From: Phycisphaerae bacterium
Lineage (GTDB): Bacteria; Planctomycetota; Phycisphaerae; UBA1845; Fen-1342
Assembly (NCBI GenBank): GCA_050115495.1
Contig: JASFQK010000008.1
Span: forward strand, 99,686 to 163,685
DNA: 64,000 nt
Reading direction: 5' to 3'
The position numbers and the translations under genes were made by a program. The notes below the pieces were generated by a model that worked only from the letters and a program-made list of their open reading frames with translations, searched no databases and was not told the origin of the DNA. This document shows positions 48,354 through 58,875 of the stretch, in pieces; position 1 is the first letter of the stretch; each line of letters begins with the position of its first letter.

Positions 48354-51062
48354 CTACCCGCGCGTTTGGGGCGCAATAGCCAACAAACGCGCCAGCGAGC
48401 CCGACAACCTCTCCAGCGCTGCCGAATCGGGCAGCGTGACCGTTAGCTTCAGCCGGCCGTCCACGTCGCGTTCGAGGCACTCGTCGAGGCGTTGCCGGAC
48501 GGCGTCGGCGAACTGGGCTGACGCCTGTCCGTCGGCCCGCCGGCCCGGCAGCAGCTCGTCCACGAAGGTCAGGGCGGCCCCGAGCATCTCGCCGGCTGCC
48601 ACGGAGATCTTCTCCCGCCGGGCGAGCCGCTCGGCTTCGGCGGCCTGCCGGGCTTGCGCGCTCTCGTCGACCGAGGCCTCGGGTGTGGCGCCCAGTAGGA
48701 TCTCCAGCCGGCTCTTGAGCTCGCTAACGCCGCTGGCTAGGTCCAGCTTGTCGATGTCCGACTCGGCGTCGAGGGCGGCCAGGGCGAGTTCCTGCTTGGC
48801 CGACAGCGTGGCGAGCAGGTTTTCCTCGATCGTGCTCTCGGTGACGAGGATGTACACCTGTACCGGCCTCTTCTGGCCCATGCGATGGGCGCGGGAAATG
48901 CGCTGTTCGAGCACCGCCGGGTTCCACGGCAGGTCGACGTTGATGACGGTGTTCGCGGCCTGGAGGTTGAGACCGGTGGCGCCGGCGTTGGTCGTGATGA
49001 ACAGGCGGCAGCCACGGTCCCGCTGGAAACGCTGCACCAGGGCCCGCCGCCGCGCCTGCGGCACGGAGCCATCGAGGCGCACGTAGTCGACGGCGCGCCG
49101 GCGGAGCAGCGGCTCGATCAACCCCAGCATCGTCGTCCATTCGGAAAACAGGACGATCTTGCGGTCTTCCTCGGCGAGCAGCGACCCGAGCAGGTCGTCG
49201 AGCGCGGGGAGTTTCGTCGAGTATCCCGGCTCCTGCTTGTCGATGAGGTATGTGCTGTCCGCCGCCATGCGGCACATGAGCAGTGCCTTCCGCAGGCGGA
49301 GCAGGTCCATCTCGTTGATGTAGGGTTTGTTGACGATGGTGCTGACGACGCGCAGGTTCGCGCGGTGCAACTCCGCCTGCTCGCCCGTCGGGGCGATGCG
49401 GACGATCTCCGTCGAGCGTGGCGGCAGGTCGCGCATCACCGACGCCCGCGTCCGCCGCAGCAGAACCGGGGCGAGCCGCTCGCGCAGCTCGGCGAGGTTC
49501 TTGTAGCCCAGCACCTTACCCTTCTCGTCCACCATGCGGTGCCGGTTGAAGAAGCGGAAGGCCGGGCCCAGCCGCCGGTCGTCGATGAACTCGACGACGG
49601 AGAACAAGTCGTCGAGCCGGTTCTCCAGCGGCGTGCCGGACAGCACCAGGGCGAAGCGCGAGCGCAGCCCCTTGACGACGCGGCTGGTCTTCGCCTCCCA
49701 GTTCTTGATGCGCTGTCCTTCGTCGAGAATGGTGAGATCCCACGGGACCTGCTCGATCGCCATGATGTCGCGCAGGACCTGCTCGTAGTTGCAGATCGTG
49801 AAGAATCCGCCGTCGGCGTATTGCCGGGCGCGCTCGGCTGCGCTGCCCAGCACCAGCCGGCCGTCGTGTCTACAGAAACGTTGAATCTCGCTTTGCCACT
49901 GCGCCTTCAGCGAGGCGGGGCAGACGATCAGCACGCGGCGTACGTCGGCCTCGCGCCGCAACAGCTCGGCCACGCCGATACCCTGGATCGTCTTGCCCAG
50001 GCCCATGTCGTCGGCCAGGATGGCCCGGCCCGCGCCGGCGGCGAAGGCAATGCCGTCTAACTGGTACGGCAACAGCTCCACGTTCAACAGCTCTCGTCGC
50101 AGCGGATGATGCGCCGGATCCCGCCGGATCTCCGCCACCAGCGACTCGATGCGTTGCTGGAACAGCCGCTGCCCGATGTACTCCTCTGCGTCGGGGTAGA
50201 CAGTGACCTCGTGGCCGAGGGCTTGCAGCCGGGCGATGCGCCGCAGCAGGTCGCCCACGTCATTGATCGCCCCACGGCCGATGGGACGGACGATGGCGGC
50301 GGCCGCCTCGTCCAGCCGTACCGGCACCAGGAGGCGCAGCTCGATCTCCTTTCCGTAGTGCAGGTGTATGGCCAGTTCCTTCTGCCGGTACGGCCGCCGC
50401 TGGGCCGCTGGCGAGAACCGCCGTCGTGCCCGCCGCTGCACCGCCAGGATGTGTTTGCATACGCCCAGTGTGTTCTTGCGGAAGTCGGGGCACGCGCAAT
50501 ACGAGTCGCCTGGTTCCCAACCACGCAGGGCCACCCGGTACGTTCGGCCCGACACGGCGTTCGTCACCAGGTAATCCGTCCAGAGCACGTTGGGATCGGT
50601 CGGACGCACGGTCATCCGCTCGGTCCGCGAACGCTGCTCGCGCTCGGCGATGGCCCGGGCGATCAGTTCCCGCTCGCCAAGGCTTTCGATGGGCGTGCGC
50701 TCCACCGGCGGGGCGGCCAGTCTCAGGGCCACTTTCTCCTCGAGGATGAGCGACAGCGCCGCCCCGACATGCTCGCACGCACTCTCGCAGTGTGTGCAGT
50801 TCCAGTGCAGCCGCTGCGGGTCCGAGGCCATCAGCGTGATCGTCACCGCCGCCTCGTCGAGCCGCAGGCGGAACAGGTCGTCGCCGAGGTGCACGTGCTC
50901 GTCAATGTCGATGTCGAGCTTGCCGCCGGTGCGGATGAGCCGTTCGCCACCGGGCCCGAGCAGTCGGACGGCTTGCGTGAAGGTCAGGTGCGACAGCCGG
51001 TCCCGGAGCGTCAGTTCGCGTGGTCTACGTTTCTTCCCCGATGCAGGCCTTCCAGCTTTCAT
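48354..51062 (-). CDS. SWIM zinc finger + SNF2-family helicase
   Basis: CTHCESACEH and CACPDF...CKH SWIM motifs; LADDMGLGKT, ILDEGQRIKN, LSGTPLEN, GLNLQAA, WNPAVLEQRISRAHRMGQ. Confidence 0.93.
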   Translation of the reverse strand: MKAGRPASGKKRRPRELTLRDRLSHLTFTQAVRLLGPGGERLIRTGGKLDIDIDEHVHLGDDLFRLRLDEAAVTITLMASDPQRLHWNCTHCESACEHVGAALSLILEEKVALRLAAPPVERTPIESLGERELIARAIAEREQRSRTERMTVRPTDPNVLWTDYLVTNAVSGRTYRVALRGWEPGDSYCACPDFRKNTLGVCKHILAVQRRARRRFSPAAQRRPYRQKELAIHLHYGKEIELRLLVPVRLDEAAAAIVRPIGRGAINDVGDLLRRIARLQALGHEVTVYPDAEEYIGQRLFQQRIESLVAEIRRDPAHHPLRRELLNVELLPYQLDGIAFAAGAGRAILADDMGLGKTIQGIGVAELLRREADVRRVLIVCPASLKAQWQSEIQRFCRHDGRLVLGSAAERARQYADGGFFTICNYEQVLRDIMAIEQVPWDLTILDEGQRIKNWEAKTSRVVKGLRSRFALVLSGTPLENRLDDLFSVVEFIDDRRLGPAFRFFNRHRMVDEKGKVLGYKNLAELRERLAPVLLRRTRASVMRDLPPRSTEIVRIAPTGEQAELHRANLRVVSTIVNKPYINEMDLLRLRKALLMCRMAADSTYLIDKQEPGYSTKLPALDDLLGSLLAEEDRKIVLFSEWTTMLGLIEPLLRRRAVDYVRLDGSVPQARRRALVQRFQRDRGCRLFITTNAGATGLNLQAANTVINVDLPWNPAVLEQRISRAHRMGQKRPVQVYILVTESTIEENLLATLSAKQELALAALDAESDIDKLDLASGVSELKSRLEILLGATPEASVDESAQARQAAEAERLARREKISVAAGEMLGAALTFVDELLPGRRADGQASAQFADAVRQRLDECLERDVDGRLKLTVTLPDSAALERLSGSLARLLAIAPQTRG

Positions 51063-51112
51063 CGCGTTGTTTCCTCTGTCGAGCTTGAGTTGGCCGCAGG
51101 GGTTCTCGACGA

Positions 51113-52462
51113 TCACGGCTCCGGATCGCCCGCCGGCGCCGTCGCCGGAGCGCTCGTTGGCGCGCCGAGAAGCATGTCCCAGATGGACAGGTTGCTCCAC
51201 CCGCGCAGGCGCCGGCCGTTGAGGTAGATCGCCGGCATGGCGTGAATGCCCATCTTGCCCGCCAGGGCGATGTCGCCGGCGATGCGCTCGGCCACCGCCG
51301 GCGAGGCCATTGCCGTCTCGAACGCCGCCCGGTCCAGACCCAATTCGACCGCCCAGTCGGCCAGCAGCGCCCGCTGCTGAGCAGACTGCTCGGCGAACGG
51401 TACACCCGGCAACTCCGCCTGCCGCTGGTAGATCAGCTTGCGCATGGCCAGGTACGCCTCGGTCCCGCCGACCACGCGAGCGGCCTCCGTGGCTCGCGCC
51501 GCGGCACATGCCATCGAGTGCCCGCCGACCCGGTAGCGCGGACTGGCGTTGCACTCGGCGTCCTGCGGATAATGCCGGTACGCCACGCGCAGCCGCCCGG
51601 GGTAGCGCTCCAGCACCTGCGGGATGGTCTCCGCCGCCTGCCGGCACGCCGTGCACAGAAAATCGCTGAACACCACCACCGTGTCGGCCGCGTCCGCCGA
51701 ACCGGCCAGCGGCTCATCCTCCCGTATCGGCAGCTCGATCGGCGTTTGCCGCTCGAAGTCCCAGCGGATGTACGCCGGATCGTTCAGCACCGCCGCGTAT
51801 TCCGCCGCCCGGTGGTGGAAGATTGCCCCGGCGACCACGACGTACACGAGAGAAATGTGCGTGATGAACATGAGCACACCGGCGATCACCGTCGCCGCCG
51901 TCAGCCGCAGCGACGGGTGCGCCGGCTGAACCACCTTCGCCGGCCGCCACGGCCACGCCAGCACCGTCACCACGACGATCCCGCCATTCAGCACGTGCGC
52001 CGTCAGGCAAATGCCGCACCATTGATGCAGCACCGACCCCATGACATGGATGCAGTGCACCGAATACCCAGCACCGCCGGCGACCAGTATCGCTGGCAGC
52101 AGGTGCCAGAACCGCCCGGCGGGCGTCGGCGGTCCGACCAACAGAAACCACAGCCCCACCACGGCGAAGTAGCCCATGCCCAGCGTCGCCGACGGCATGC
52201 GCATGCTGCTCTGCTCGCGGCCCAGCGGGATGTACGCCTGTGGCGATTGCAGCACCGACGTGCAGGCGTTGCCGCCCTCACTCTCGTCGCCGCCGCAGAC
52301 CGCGTCCATCAGCGGATCGTGCACGACGTCGCCGGAGGAGACGCGGAACGAGTGCCACGACACGTACCAGCCGAGCGCGGCCAGCACGACGGCGATCCAG
52401 CGGACCCACGGCTTGGGCTGGACAAGGCGGGCCACGCGGGCTTCGGCGGGGGCGTCACTCAT
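51113..52462 (-). CDS. Vitamin K epoxide reductase + DsbA/thioredoxin fusion
   Basis: VKOR loop Cys pair (C...CTSVLQS) and CGIC; thioredoxin FSDFLCTAC, YRHYP, GIHAMPAIYLNG. Confidence 0.88.
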   Translation of the reverse strand: MSDAPAEARVARLVQPKPWVRWIAVVLAALGWYVSWHSFRVSSGDVVHDPLMDAVCGGDESEGGNACTSVLQSPQAYIPLGREQSSMRMPSATLGMGYFAVVGLWFLLVGPPTPAGRFWHLLPAILVAGGAGYSVHCIHVMGSVLHQWCGICLTAHVLNGGIVVVTVLAWPWRPAKVVQPAHPSLRLTAATVIAGVLMFITHISLVYVVVAGAIFHHRAAEYAAVLNDPAYIRWDFERQTPIELPIREDEPLAGSADAADTVVVFSDFLCTACRQAAETIPQVLERYPGRLRVAYRHYPQDAECNASPRYRVGGHSMACAAARATEAARVVGGTEAYLAMRKLIYQRQAELPGVPFAEQSAQQRALLADWAVELGLDRAAFETAMASPAVAERIAGDIALAGKMGIHAMPAIYLNGRRLRGWSNLSIWDMLLGAPTSAPATAPAGDPEP

Positions 52463-52472
52463 CAGGATGCTC

Positions 52473-54152
52473 TCATTCGGCGCCGACCGGTCGCGTCGCC
52501 GGCGGCGGGCGTTTCTCGAAGACGGCGCAGTATACGTCATCCAGCGGACCACCGCCGCTGTGCCACAGCTCGACGAAGTCCGGCCGGGCCCGCAGGTCGG
52601 CCAGGCTCAGCCCGTGCCGCGGCGAGGCGAACTCCCGCGAATCCCACAACAGAAGGTCCCCTGGCTGCATGTCTGCCACTTGGTTGCCCGCCAGCTGTCC
52701 CCGCGGCGGACGCGTCCGGCCGAGGAACTCGTCAAGCCACCACGAGGCGGCGACGATTGGCTGCTGCCGCAGATGTTGCGCGTCGAGCCAGGCGACCGCG
52801 GCTCGATACGTCCGCTGCCGCTCATCCAGCACCAGCGGCGCGCACAGCCGGAATGCCGGCGGTAACGTTGCACACACCGCCCATTGCCCGACGGTCAACA
52901 CGAGTGCCACCAGCGGCAGCGCTCCGCCTGCGACCGCTCGCCACCGGCCCGCCGGACACGCGGATAGCACCAACGCTCCCAGCGTGACCGACCCCAGCAG
53001 GCCGAGCAGCGCCCGCGTCGCCGGCAGGACCACCGTCAGATGGTGCTCAACCAGGACAGTGCGATGCAACGCCGCCTCCGCCTCGACGGCTCCCCACAAC
53101 GCGATGATGCCGCCCAGCGCCAGCCACAGCGGCTTTTGCGCTGTCGTCCCCTGACGCAACCCCGCCCAACTCTGCCCCAACGCCTCGGCGGCGGCGACTG
53201 CCACCACCGGCCCAATCGGCACCAGAAAGCGAAAATACCCGCCACTGGCAAACATGCCGAAGCAATAGATCACCGAGTGCGCGACGAAGTACGCCAGCCC
53301 GCCGCCGATCCACAGCAACGCCCCACGCCGCCGCAACACGTCTGGCAGCACGCTCACCGCCAGCAACAACTGCCCGAGGCCGGCGGCGACCGGCCAACGC
53401 GTCAGCATCGACAGCCACAACCCATGCCCGTACTCGTCGGACGGATGAGCGTCGAAGAGCATCAGCAGCGGAATCTCGCCGAAAGCGGCCCAGCTCACAG
53501 CGTTCTGCACCACCGGGGCCCAGCAGAGCCAGATCCACTCGCGCACGGGCCGGCGTTCGTACAGCATTGCTGCCAGCCACATCGCCAGCCATAGCACCGC
53601 TTCGTGCCGCGTGCAGGCGCACAGCGAGATCACCGCTGCGCTCAGACCCCGATTGCCGCGCAGATACAGCCAGCCGGCGAGTGTGAAGTACAGCGCCAGC
53701 GGCGTCTCGGTCAGCGTCGTGTAGCTCAGCGTGAACGGCAGTGGTTGCAGCCACAGCAGCAGCGGCACCAGCGGCGCCGCCCGCACACCGAGCCGGCCGG
53801 CGATGAGGTACGCCAGCCAGGCCGTGAGCGCCGTGAGCAGCCCGCTACACGCCCGCGCTCCGAGCCAGCCGGCCTGCGCGGGCAGGGCATACAGCACCGT
53901 GAAGCCAGGCCGCCCCCACGAATCCAGTAGATACGCCGGGTGAGCCAGCGACCAGCGGGCCATCTGGTAGTGCGTGAGGTCGTCGTCCTGATGTCCCCCG
54001 TCGCTGAGCGCGGCCATCACCAGCGAACACGCCAACCCGCCAACCGTGAACAGCAACGCCCACTTCCACCCCGCCGGCGCAACCCGCCGCGCGTCGCGGT
54101 TGGTCAAGGGCCCCGAATCTCCGCCAACAATATCCTTCCCGGTAAGCGCCAT
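52473..54152 (-). CDS. GT-C-type (ArnT/PMT-like) membrane glycosyltransferase
   Basis: First-loop acidic motif QDDDLTHY, WGRPGFT, LTETP, TRHEA; many TM helices. Confidence 0.7.
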   Translation of the reverse strand: MALTGKDIVGGDSGPLTNRDARRVAPAGWKWALLFTVGGLACSLVMAALSDGGHQDDDLTHYQMARWSLAHPAYLLDSWGRPGFTVLYALPAQAGWLGARACSGLLTALTAWLAYLIAGRLGVRAAPLVPLLLWLQPLPFTLSYTTLTETPLALYFTLAGWLYLRGNRGLSAAVISLCACTRHEAVLWLAMWLAAMLYERRPVREWIWLCWAPVVQNAVSWAAFGEIPLLMLFDAHPSDEYGHGLWLSMLTRWPVAAGLGQLLLAVSVLPDVLRRRGALLWIGGGLAYFVAHSVIYCFGMFASGGYFRFLVPIGPVVAVAAAEALGQSWAGLRQGTTAQKPLWLALGGIIALWGAVEAEAALHRTVLVEHHLTVVLPATRALLGLLGSVTLGALVLSACPAGRWRAVAGGALPLVALVLTVGQWAVCATLPPAFRLCAPLVLDERQRTYRAAVAWLDAQHLRQQPIVAASWWLDEFLGRTRPPRGQLAGNQVADMQPGDLLLWDSREFASPRHGLSLADLRARPDFVELWHSGGGPLDDVYCAVFEKRPPPATRPVGAE

Positions 54153-54381
54153 AGCCCGCCAGCAAAGCACAACCGCCGCCAAACAGCAACCCCCGAGTCG
54201 TCGACCCTTCGTAGCGTCGGCCCCCCGTGGCCGACGTCGAATACCGAACGACGCACACCGCGCTTTGATTATCGCAATACCCCTCCTCCGAACACCGCGC
54301 GCTGACCAACGCTCGCCGTTCCAGTACGATGTGGGCATCGCACGCGCCGTAGCGCGTGCCTCTCCACGGCGGGAAGGGACC

Positions 54382-55038
54382 ATGGCTCGGAAACACCGCT
54401 TCGCCCGCACCGTCCTCCTGTTCGCCGCGTACGCGGTGGCCGGTCTGCTGCTCGGCGTGGTGACGGAACGCATCAATCGTGGCGTGTGGCTGCTCACTTA
54501 TCGCCCACCGACTGACGCCGAAATCGCTGCCGATGTCGCCAAACACGGAATCGTGGAGGTCGAGATTGACTTCGGCCCATCGTGGAACACGTACCTGCAC
54601 TCGTCGCGGCACACACTCCCGGCCTTCATGCTGGCGTTGCCCGTGGCGGTGTTCCTGGCCTTCATCACGCCCACACGCCGCTGGGATGTCGCCGTGGCGG
54701 CCGGATTCGTCCTGACGGGAACCCAGGCCGCCGTGCACATCCTGCGACATGAACGTCTCATGCATTGGAGCGGACTGGATCGGTGGCTCATCATTCCGGC
54801 GGCCGTCACCTTGTCGCTCCTGGGGCCGCTGTGGGCGCTGGCCGCCCTCCCGGTGGGCGTCTGCCGCCAGCGCCGCCTCGAATCCCGCGACGGGCACCAC
54901 TGCGTCGTCTGCGGCTATGACCTGCACGGGAACGTGTCGGGCGGCTGCCCCGAATGCGGCCAACTGACGCAAACGCAGGACGGGTTCCGCCCACCACCGC
55001 CGTGCGCTCCGCGTGCAAAGCCGCCGAACGGGGCTTGA
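54382..55038 (+). CDS. Membrane protein with C-terminal zinc ribbon
   Basis: About 4 TM + CVVCGYDLHGNVSGGCPECG. Confidence 0.78.
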   Translation: MARKHRFARTVLLFAAYAVAGLLLGVVTERINRGVWLLTYRPPTDAEIAADVAKHGIVEVEIDFGPSWNTYLHSSRHTLPAFMLALPVAVFLAFITPTRRWDVAVAAGFVLTGTQAAVHILRHERLMHWSGLDRWLIIPAAVTLSLLGPLWALAALPVGVCRQRRLESRDGHHCVVCGYDLHGNVSGGCPECGQLTQTQDGFRPPPPCAPRAKPPNGA

Positions 55039-55081
55039 CTCCTGGGGGGAGACCGGCTAATTTGCAGTTGGACTGCAAATT
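55035..55081 (+). promoter_or_regulatory. Sigma70-like promoter overlapped by a palindromic operator
   Basis: TTGACT-N17-TAATTT; perfect inverted repeat AATTTGCAGT-tgg-ACTGCAAATT at 55059..55081. Confidence 0.7.
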
Positions 55082-55092
55082 GGACGGCATTC

Positions 55093-56316
55093 ATGTTCTA
55101 CCCCCGAGCCCTGAGCGCACGCTGCCTGGCCGCCGCAGACCAGTTCCCCGTGGTGCTGCTGACCGGACCGCGCCAGGTCGGCAAGACGACGCTTCTGCGG
55201 CGGCTGGCCGGCAAGGACCGCCGCTACGCCACACTCGACGACCCCGCGCTCCGCGAATTGGCCCGCAACGACCCGGCCCTGTTCCTCCAGCGCTTCGAGC
55301 CGCCCGTGCTGATCGACGAGATTCAGTACGCGCCGCAGCTCTTGCCGCTGATCAAGATGGCGGTCGACGGCCAGCGCAAGCGCGGGGTCTTCTGGCTGAC
55401 GGGCTCGCAGCAGTTTCACCTGATGAAGGGTGTCTCGGAGACGCTGGCCGGGCGCGTCGCCGTTCTGTCGCTCTCCGGCTTCTCCAGCCGCGAGCGGCGT
55501 AAGGGCGACCTCGCGTTGCCGCCGTTCCTGCCCACCGTTGAGGTTCTGCGGGCCCGCGAGGCGTCCGCCCCGCGTCTGACACTCAGACGGCTCTACGCCG
55601 ACATTTGGCTGGGGTCGTTTCCAGCCCTGGTGACCAAACAGGTGCGTGATCGCGACCTGTTCTACAGTTCCTATCTGCAGACGTATCTGCAACGCGACGT
55701 GAAGGATCTGACGCAGGTCGGCAACGAGGCTGCGTTCCTGCGCTTCCTGCGGGCCTGTGCTGCCCGCACGGCGCAGATGCTCAACATGGCCGACCTGGCC
55801 CGCGACGCGGACGTGGCCGTCAACACCGCCAAGAGCTGGCTGTCGATCCTGCAAACGAGCTGCCAAGTCTTCCTGCTGCCGCCCTATCACACGAACGTCA
55901 CGAAACGCCTGACGAAGACGCCGAAGCTGTATTTCCTCGATACCGGGCTGTGTGCCTATCTGACCGGCTGGTCGTCGGCGCAGACGCTCGAGGCGGGGGC
56001 GATGAACGGGGCACTGCTCGAGACGTTCGCCGTCGTCGAAGTGCTGCGGAGCTGGTGGAACGTGGGTTTGGAGCCGGCCGCCTACTACTACCGCGACAAA
56101 GATGGCCGCGAGATCGATCTACTGTTGCTCAAAGACCAGATGCTCTACCCAGTGGAGATCAAGAAGGCCGCCAGCCCACGGCCGGAATGGGCGCGGCAGT
56201 TCACGGCGTTGAAACGGTTCAAGTCGCCGTCGCCGGCAGGGGGCGTTCTTTGCCTGTGTCGCGAGCGGCTGCCGCTAGCGGAGGGGATCTCGGCAATCCC
56301 GGTGGGCCTGTTGTAG
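55093..56316 (+). CDS. AAA+ ATPase (AAA_14) with DUF4143 / PD-(D/E)XK-like C-terminus
   Basis: GPRQVGKTT, IDEIQY, LTGSQ, ETLAGR, KLYFLDTGL, YYRDKDGREIDL..PVEIK. Confidence 0.93.
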   Translation: MFYPRALSARCLAAADQFPVVLLTGPRQVGKTTLLRRLAGKDRRYATLDDPALRELARNDPALFLQRFEPPVLIDEIQYAPQLLPLIKMAVDGQRKRGVFWLTGSQQFHLMKGVSETLAGRVAVLSLSGFSSRERRKGDLALPPFLPTVEVLRAREASAPRLTLRRLYADIWLGSFPALVTKQVRDRDLFYSSYLQTYLQRDVKDLTQVGNEAAFLRFLRACAARTAQMLNMADLARDADVAVNTAKSWLSILQTSCQVFLLPPYHTNVTKRLTKTPKLYFLDTGLCAYLTGWSSAQTLEAGAMNGALLETFAVVEVLRSWWNVGLEPAAYYYRDKDGREIDLLLLKDQMLYPVEIKKAASPRPEWARQFTALKRFKSPSPAGGVLCLCRERLPLAEGISAIPVGLL

Positions 56317-56736
56317 TCCGGCCCTCGAGGACCGGGCCAGCGCGTCGAACGTCCCGTGGCGTCCGGGCTCCGTACGGGACGTCTTCTCCTTCTGCCTTGT
56401 TGCCCACTCTCGTCGGTTTCCCTGCTCCCTCGCACGTTCCTCCACCCACGCCGAGCGCAGGATGTCCGATATCTTCGCGGCCCGCATGTCCTGGCCCTGC
56501 TCGTATCGCGTGCACAAAGGGAACAATGTCCTGTATCTCTCGCGCGAGTCGGAGTGTAGGATTCTGTCGCATGCGCTGTTTGCGGCGAGAAGATGCGCGC
56601 CGCGGCGCCACATTACCTTGCCGCACGTGTGGGGGATCCGTACGATGACTCGGAGTAGTACGCTCGGCGGCACCGTCGAGTAGGCGCGGTCCGTGCAAGG
56701 CCCGTCTGTGGGCAGGCTTGTATGGAGCTGCTGAAA

Positions 56737-56772
56737 CAGCCGGAGCGCCTCAGCCGGAGCGCCTCAGCCGGA
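56737..56772. repeat. 14-bp tandem repeat (about 2.6 copies)
   Basis: cagccggagcgcct x2 + cagccgga. Confidence 0.8.
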
Positions 56773-56779
56773 ACGCGAA

Positions 56780-58084
56780 GTGAGCTGGGTGGAGCGTCTG
56801 ATACGACATGGCCGGCCGGGCGGTCGGGGGCGTGCGGGATTACAGCGCGCGCTCGTGATCGTTGGCTGTGGCCTGCTGCTGAGTCTCGGCGCGTGCCAGA
56901 AGGAGAGCGACCCGCCGGAGAAGGCGGCGGAGACCTCCGACGACGCCGTGTCGCAGGAGATCAACCGCCTGCGCTCGCTCGGCTACGCCAGCGGCAGCAG
57001 CGAACCGGCTCAGCCCGGCGAGATCGGCCTGACGCAACTCGACGAAGCACGCTGGTGCCCCGGCTACACGCTCTTCAACAGCCGCAACCACTGCCTCGCG
57101 GAGCTCGTCGATCTCGACGGCGAGGTTGCCCACGCTTGGCGGCAGACTGACGGACGCACGTGGGATGATTGCGAACTGCTGCCCAACGGCGATCTGCTGG
57201 TCGTCGGCTCGGATCGCGTCACCACCGCCGACGCACCAGTGCAGGATGCGGCCCGTTTCATTATGCGGCTGTCATGGGACAGCCAGGTCCTCTGGAAGCA
57301 GCTGATCTTCGCGCATCACGACGTGGAGGCTTGGCCGGACGGCCGCTGCTTGGTCGTGACGCACAAGTACCAGCGCCTGCCGGAGTACGAGGACGGCGGC
57401 GAGGCGGTCGTGGACTACCTGACGCTGCTGACGGCCGACGGCCGGATCGAGACCGAGCGGTCGCTGTATCAGGCCTTCAAGTCGAACCCCGGCGTGCAGA
57501 CCTTCCAGCCCGTCGGGGCGGTGGCGTCGGGGCCGCCCCGACGCTGGGACCCGCTGCACACCAACTCCGCGGAGCGCACGCCCTGGGAGAATCTGTGCGG
57601 GCGGAATCCGCTCTATGCGGCGAACCATGTGCTGGTGTGCGTACGCCATCAGGATACGGTGGCGATCATCGACTGGGATACCGGCAAGATGCTGTGGGCG
57701 TGGGGACCGGGCGAGGTCCAGGGCCCGCACGATGCGCATCTGCTGGAAAGCGGCAACATCCTGCTGTTCGATAACGGGCTGTGGCGCAAGTGGTCGCGCG
57801 TGATCGAGCTCGACCCGCGCACCCGCCAGATCGTCTGGGAATACCGGGCGGCCGACCCCAAGAGCTTCTACACGCACTCCGGCGGCGGTTGCCAGCGGCT
57901 GCCGAACGGCAACACGCTCATCACCCATTCGGACAACGGCTACGCCTTCGAGGTGACGCCCGCCGGCGACGTCGTTTGGGAGTACCACAATCCCCGCGTC
58001 ACCATGAAAGGCAAGCGGCTGAGTATCACGCGCATGCACCGCTACACCCCGGCCTACGTGACCACCATCCTCAACGCACACTAG
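56780..58084 (+). CDS. Arylsulfotransferase (ASST)-family lipoprotein
   Basis: Lipobox LGAC; AHHD, HTNS, GPHDA..L.SGNILLFDNG, SRVIE, QRLPNGNTLIT. Confidence 0.88.
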   Translation: MSWVERLIRHGRPGGRGRAGLQRALVIVGCGLLLSLGACQKESDPPEKAAETSDDAVSQEINRLRSLGYASGSSEPAQPGEIGLTQLDEARWCPGYTLFNSRNHCLAELVDLDGEVAHAWRQTDGRTWDDCELLPNGDLLVVGSDRVTTADAPVQDAARFIMRLSWDSQVLWKQLIFAHHDVEAWPDGRCLVVTHKYQRLPEYEDGGEAVVDYLTLLTADGRIETERSLYQAFKSNPGVQTFQPVGAVASGPPRRWDPLHTNSAERTPWENLCGRNPLYAANHVLVCVRHQDTVAIIDWDTGKMLWAWGPGEVQGPHDAHLLESGNILLFDNGLWRKWSRVIELDPRTRQIVWEYRAADPKSFYTHSGGGCQRLPNGNTLITHSDNGYAFEVTPAGDVVWEYHNPRVTMKGKRLSITRMHRYTPAYVTTILNAH

Positions 58085-58173
58085 ACCCGTTCGCCGCCTG
58101 ACGCCCCGGACAAACGCCGCCGGCGCAGGTACGATAGCGCAACGTCGCGTCAACAACCGCGGAGCGTCCCCAC

Positions 58174-58566
58174 ATGAACGATACCGAACGGGAAGTCACG
58201 ACCAGCGCGGTCCCCCTGGGATACGCCCCCATCGGGCACCTCCGCCGACCGAACGTGCTCCGTATCGTCGCTCTGGTGCTCTGCATCGTGAACGGCGTCT
58301 TCCTGCTGCTCACGGGCGGCATCCTGCTGGTGATGTGCTGCACGGGCCTCACGCCGTACGACCTCGAATACCCGAGATCGGAGGTGGCGAAGGCGCTCGG
58401 GCACCTCCAGTACAACCTGTGGTGGATGTTCTACGGGCCGCTTGTCGTTGTGCCCATGAGCCTGGTGCTGGTCCTGATCGCGCTGATCAAGAGTGACCTG
58501 GCGAGTTTCGCCTTGAGCATCGCCGCCGCCGTCGCCAGCGTAACGGCTGCATACTGGATCTTCTGA
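58174..58566 (+). CDS. Small 3-TM membrane protein
   Basis: Hydrophobic helices, PLGYAP N-terminal motif, GGAG RBS. Confidence 0.7.
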   Translation: MNDTEREVTTSAVPLGYAPIGHLRRPNVLRIVALVLCIVNGVFLLLTGGILLVMCCTGLTPYDLEYPRSEVAKALGHLQYNLWWMFYGPLVVVPMSLVLVLIALIKSDLASFALSIAAAVASVTAAYWIF

Positions 58567-58875
58567 CGGATGACGGCCCCTGACCCGCCGGCACCGGCCC
58601 ATTTGCAGCGGCACCGCAGATCGGCCAGCTCGCCCGTCCCGCCCCCGCCGCGGCCCCACCGCCCGTGCCCGGCTGGAGACGCCCCCGACCGGCGGTATAA
58701 TGGCTACAGACTCAAGAGGGAGAGGGCGGGTATCGAAGACGCAGGGCGTGCACGGCATGGCGCAGGGCGGGCAGCCGCCGTAGGCTCCTTCGGTGGGCAG
58801 AAGCCCTTGCGGTACACGCACGACGCATAGGGTCAATGATCCACGACTGGCGGCAGCCGTGGCGGGAGCGGACGA

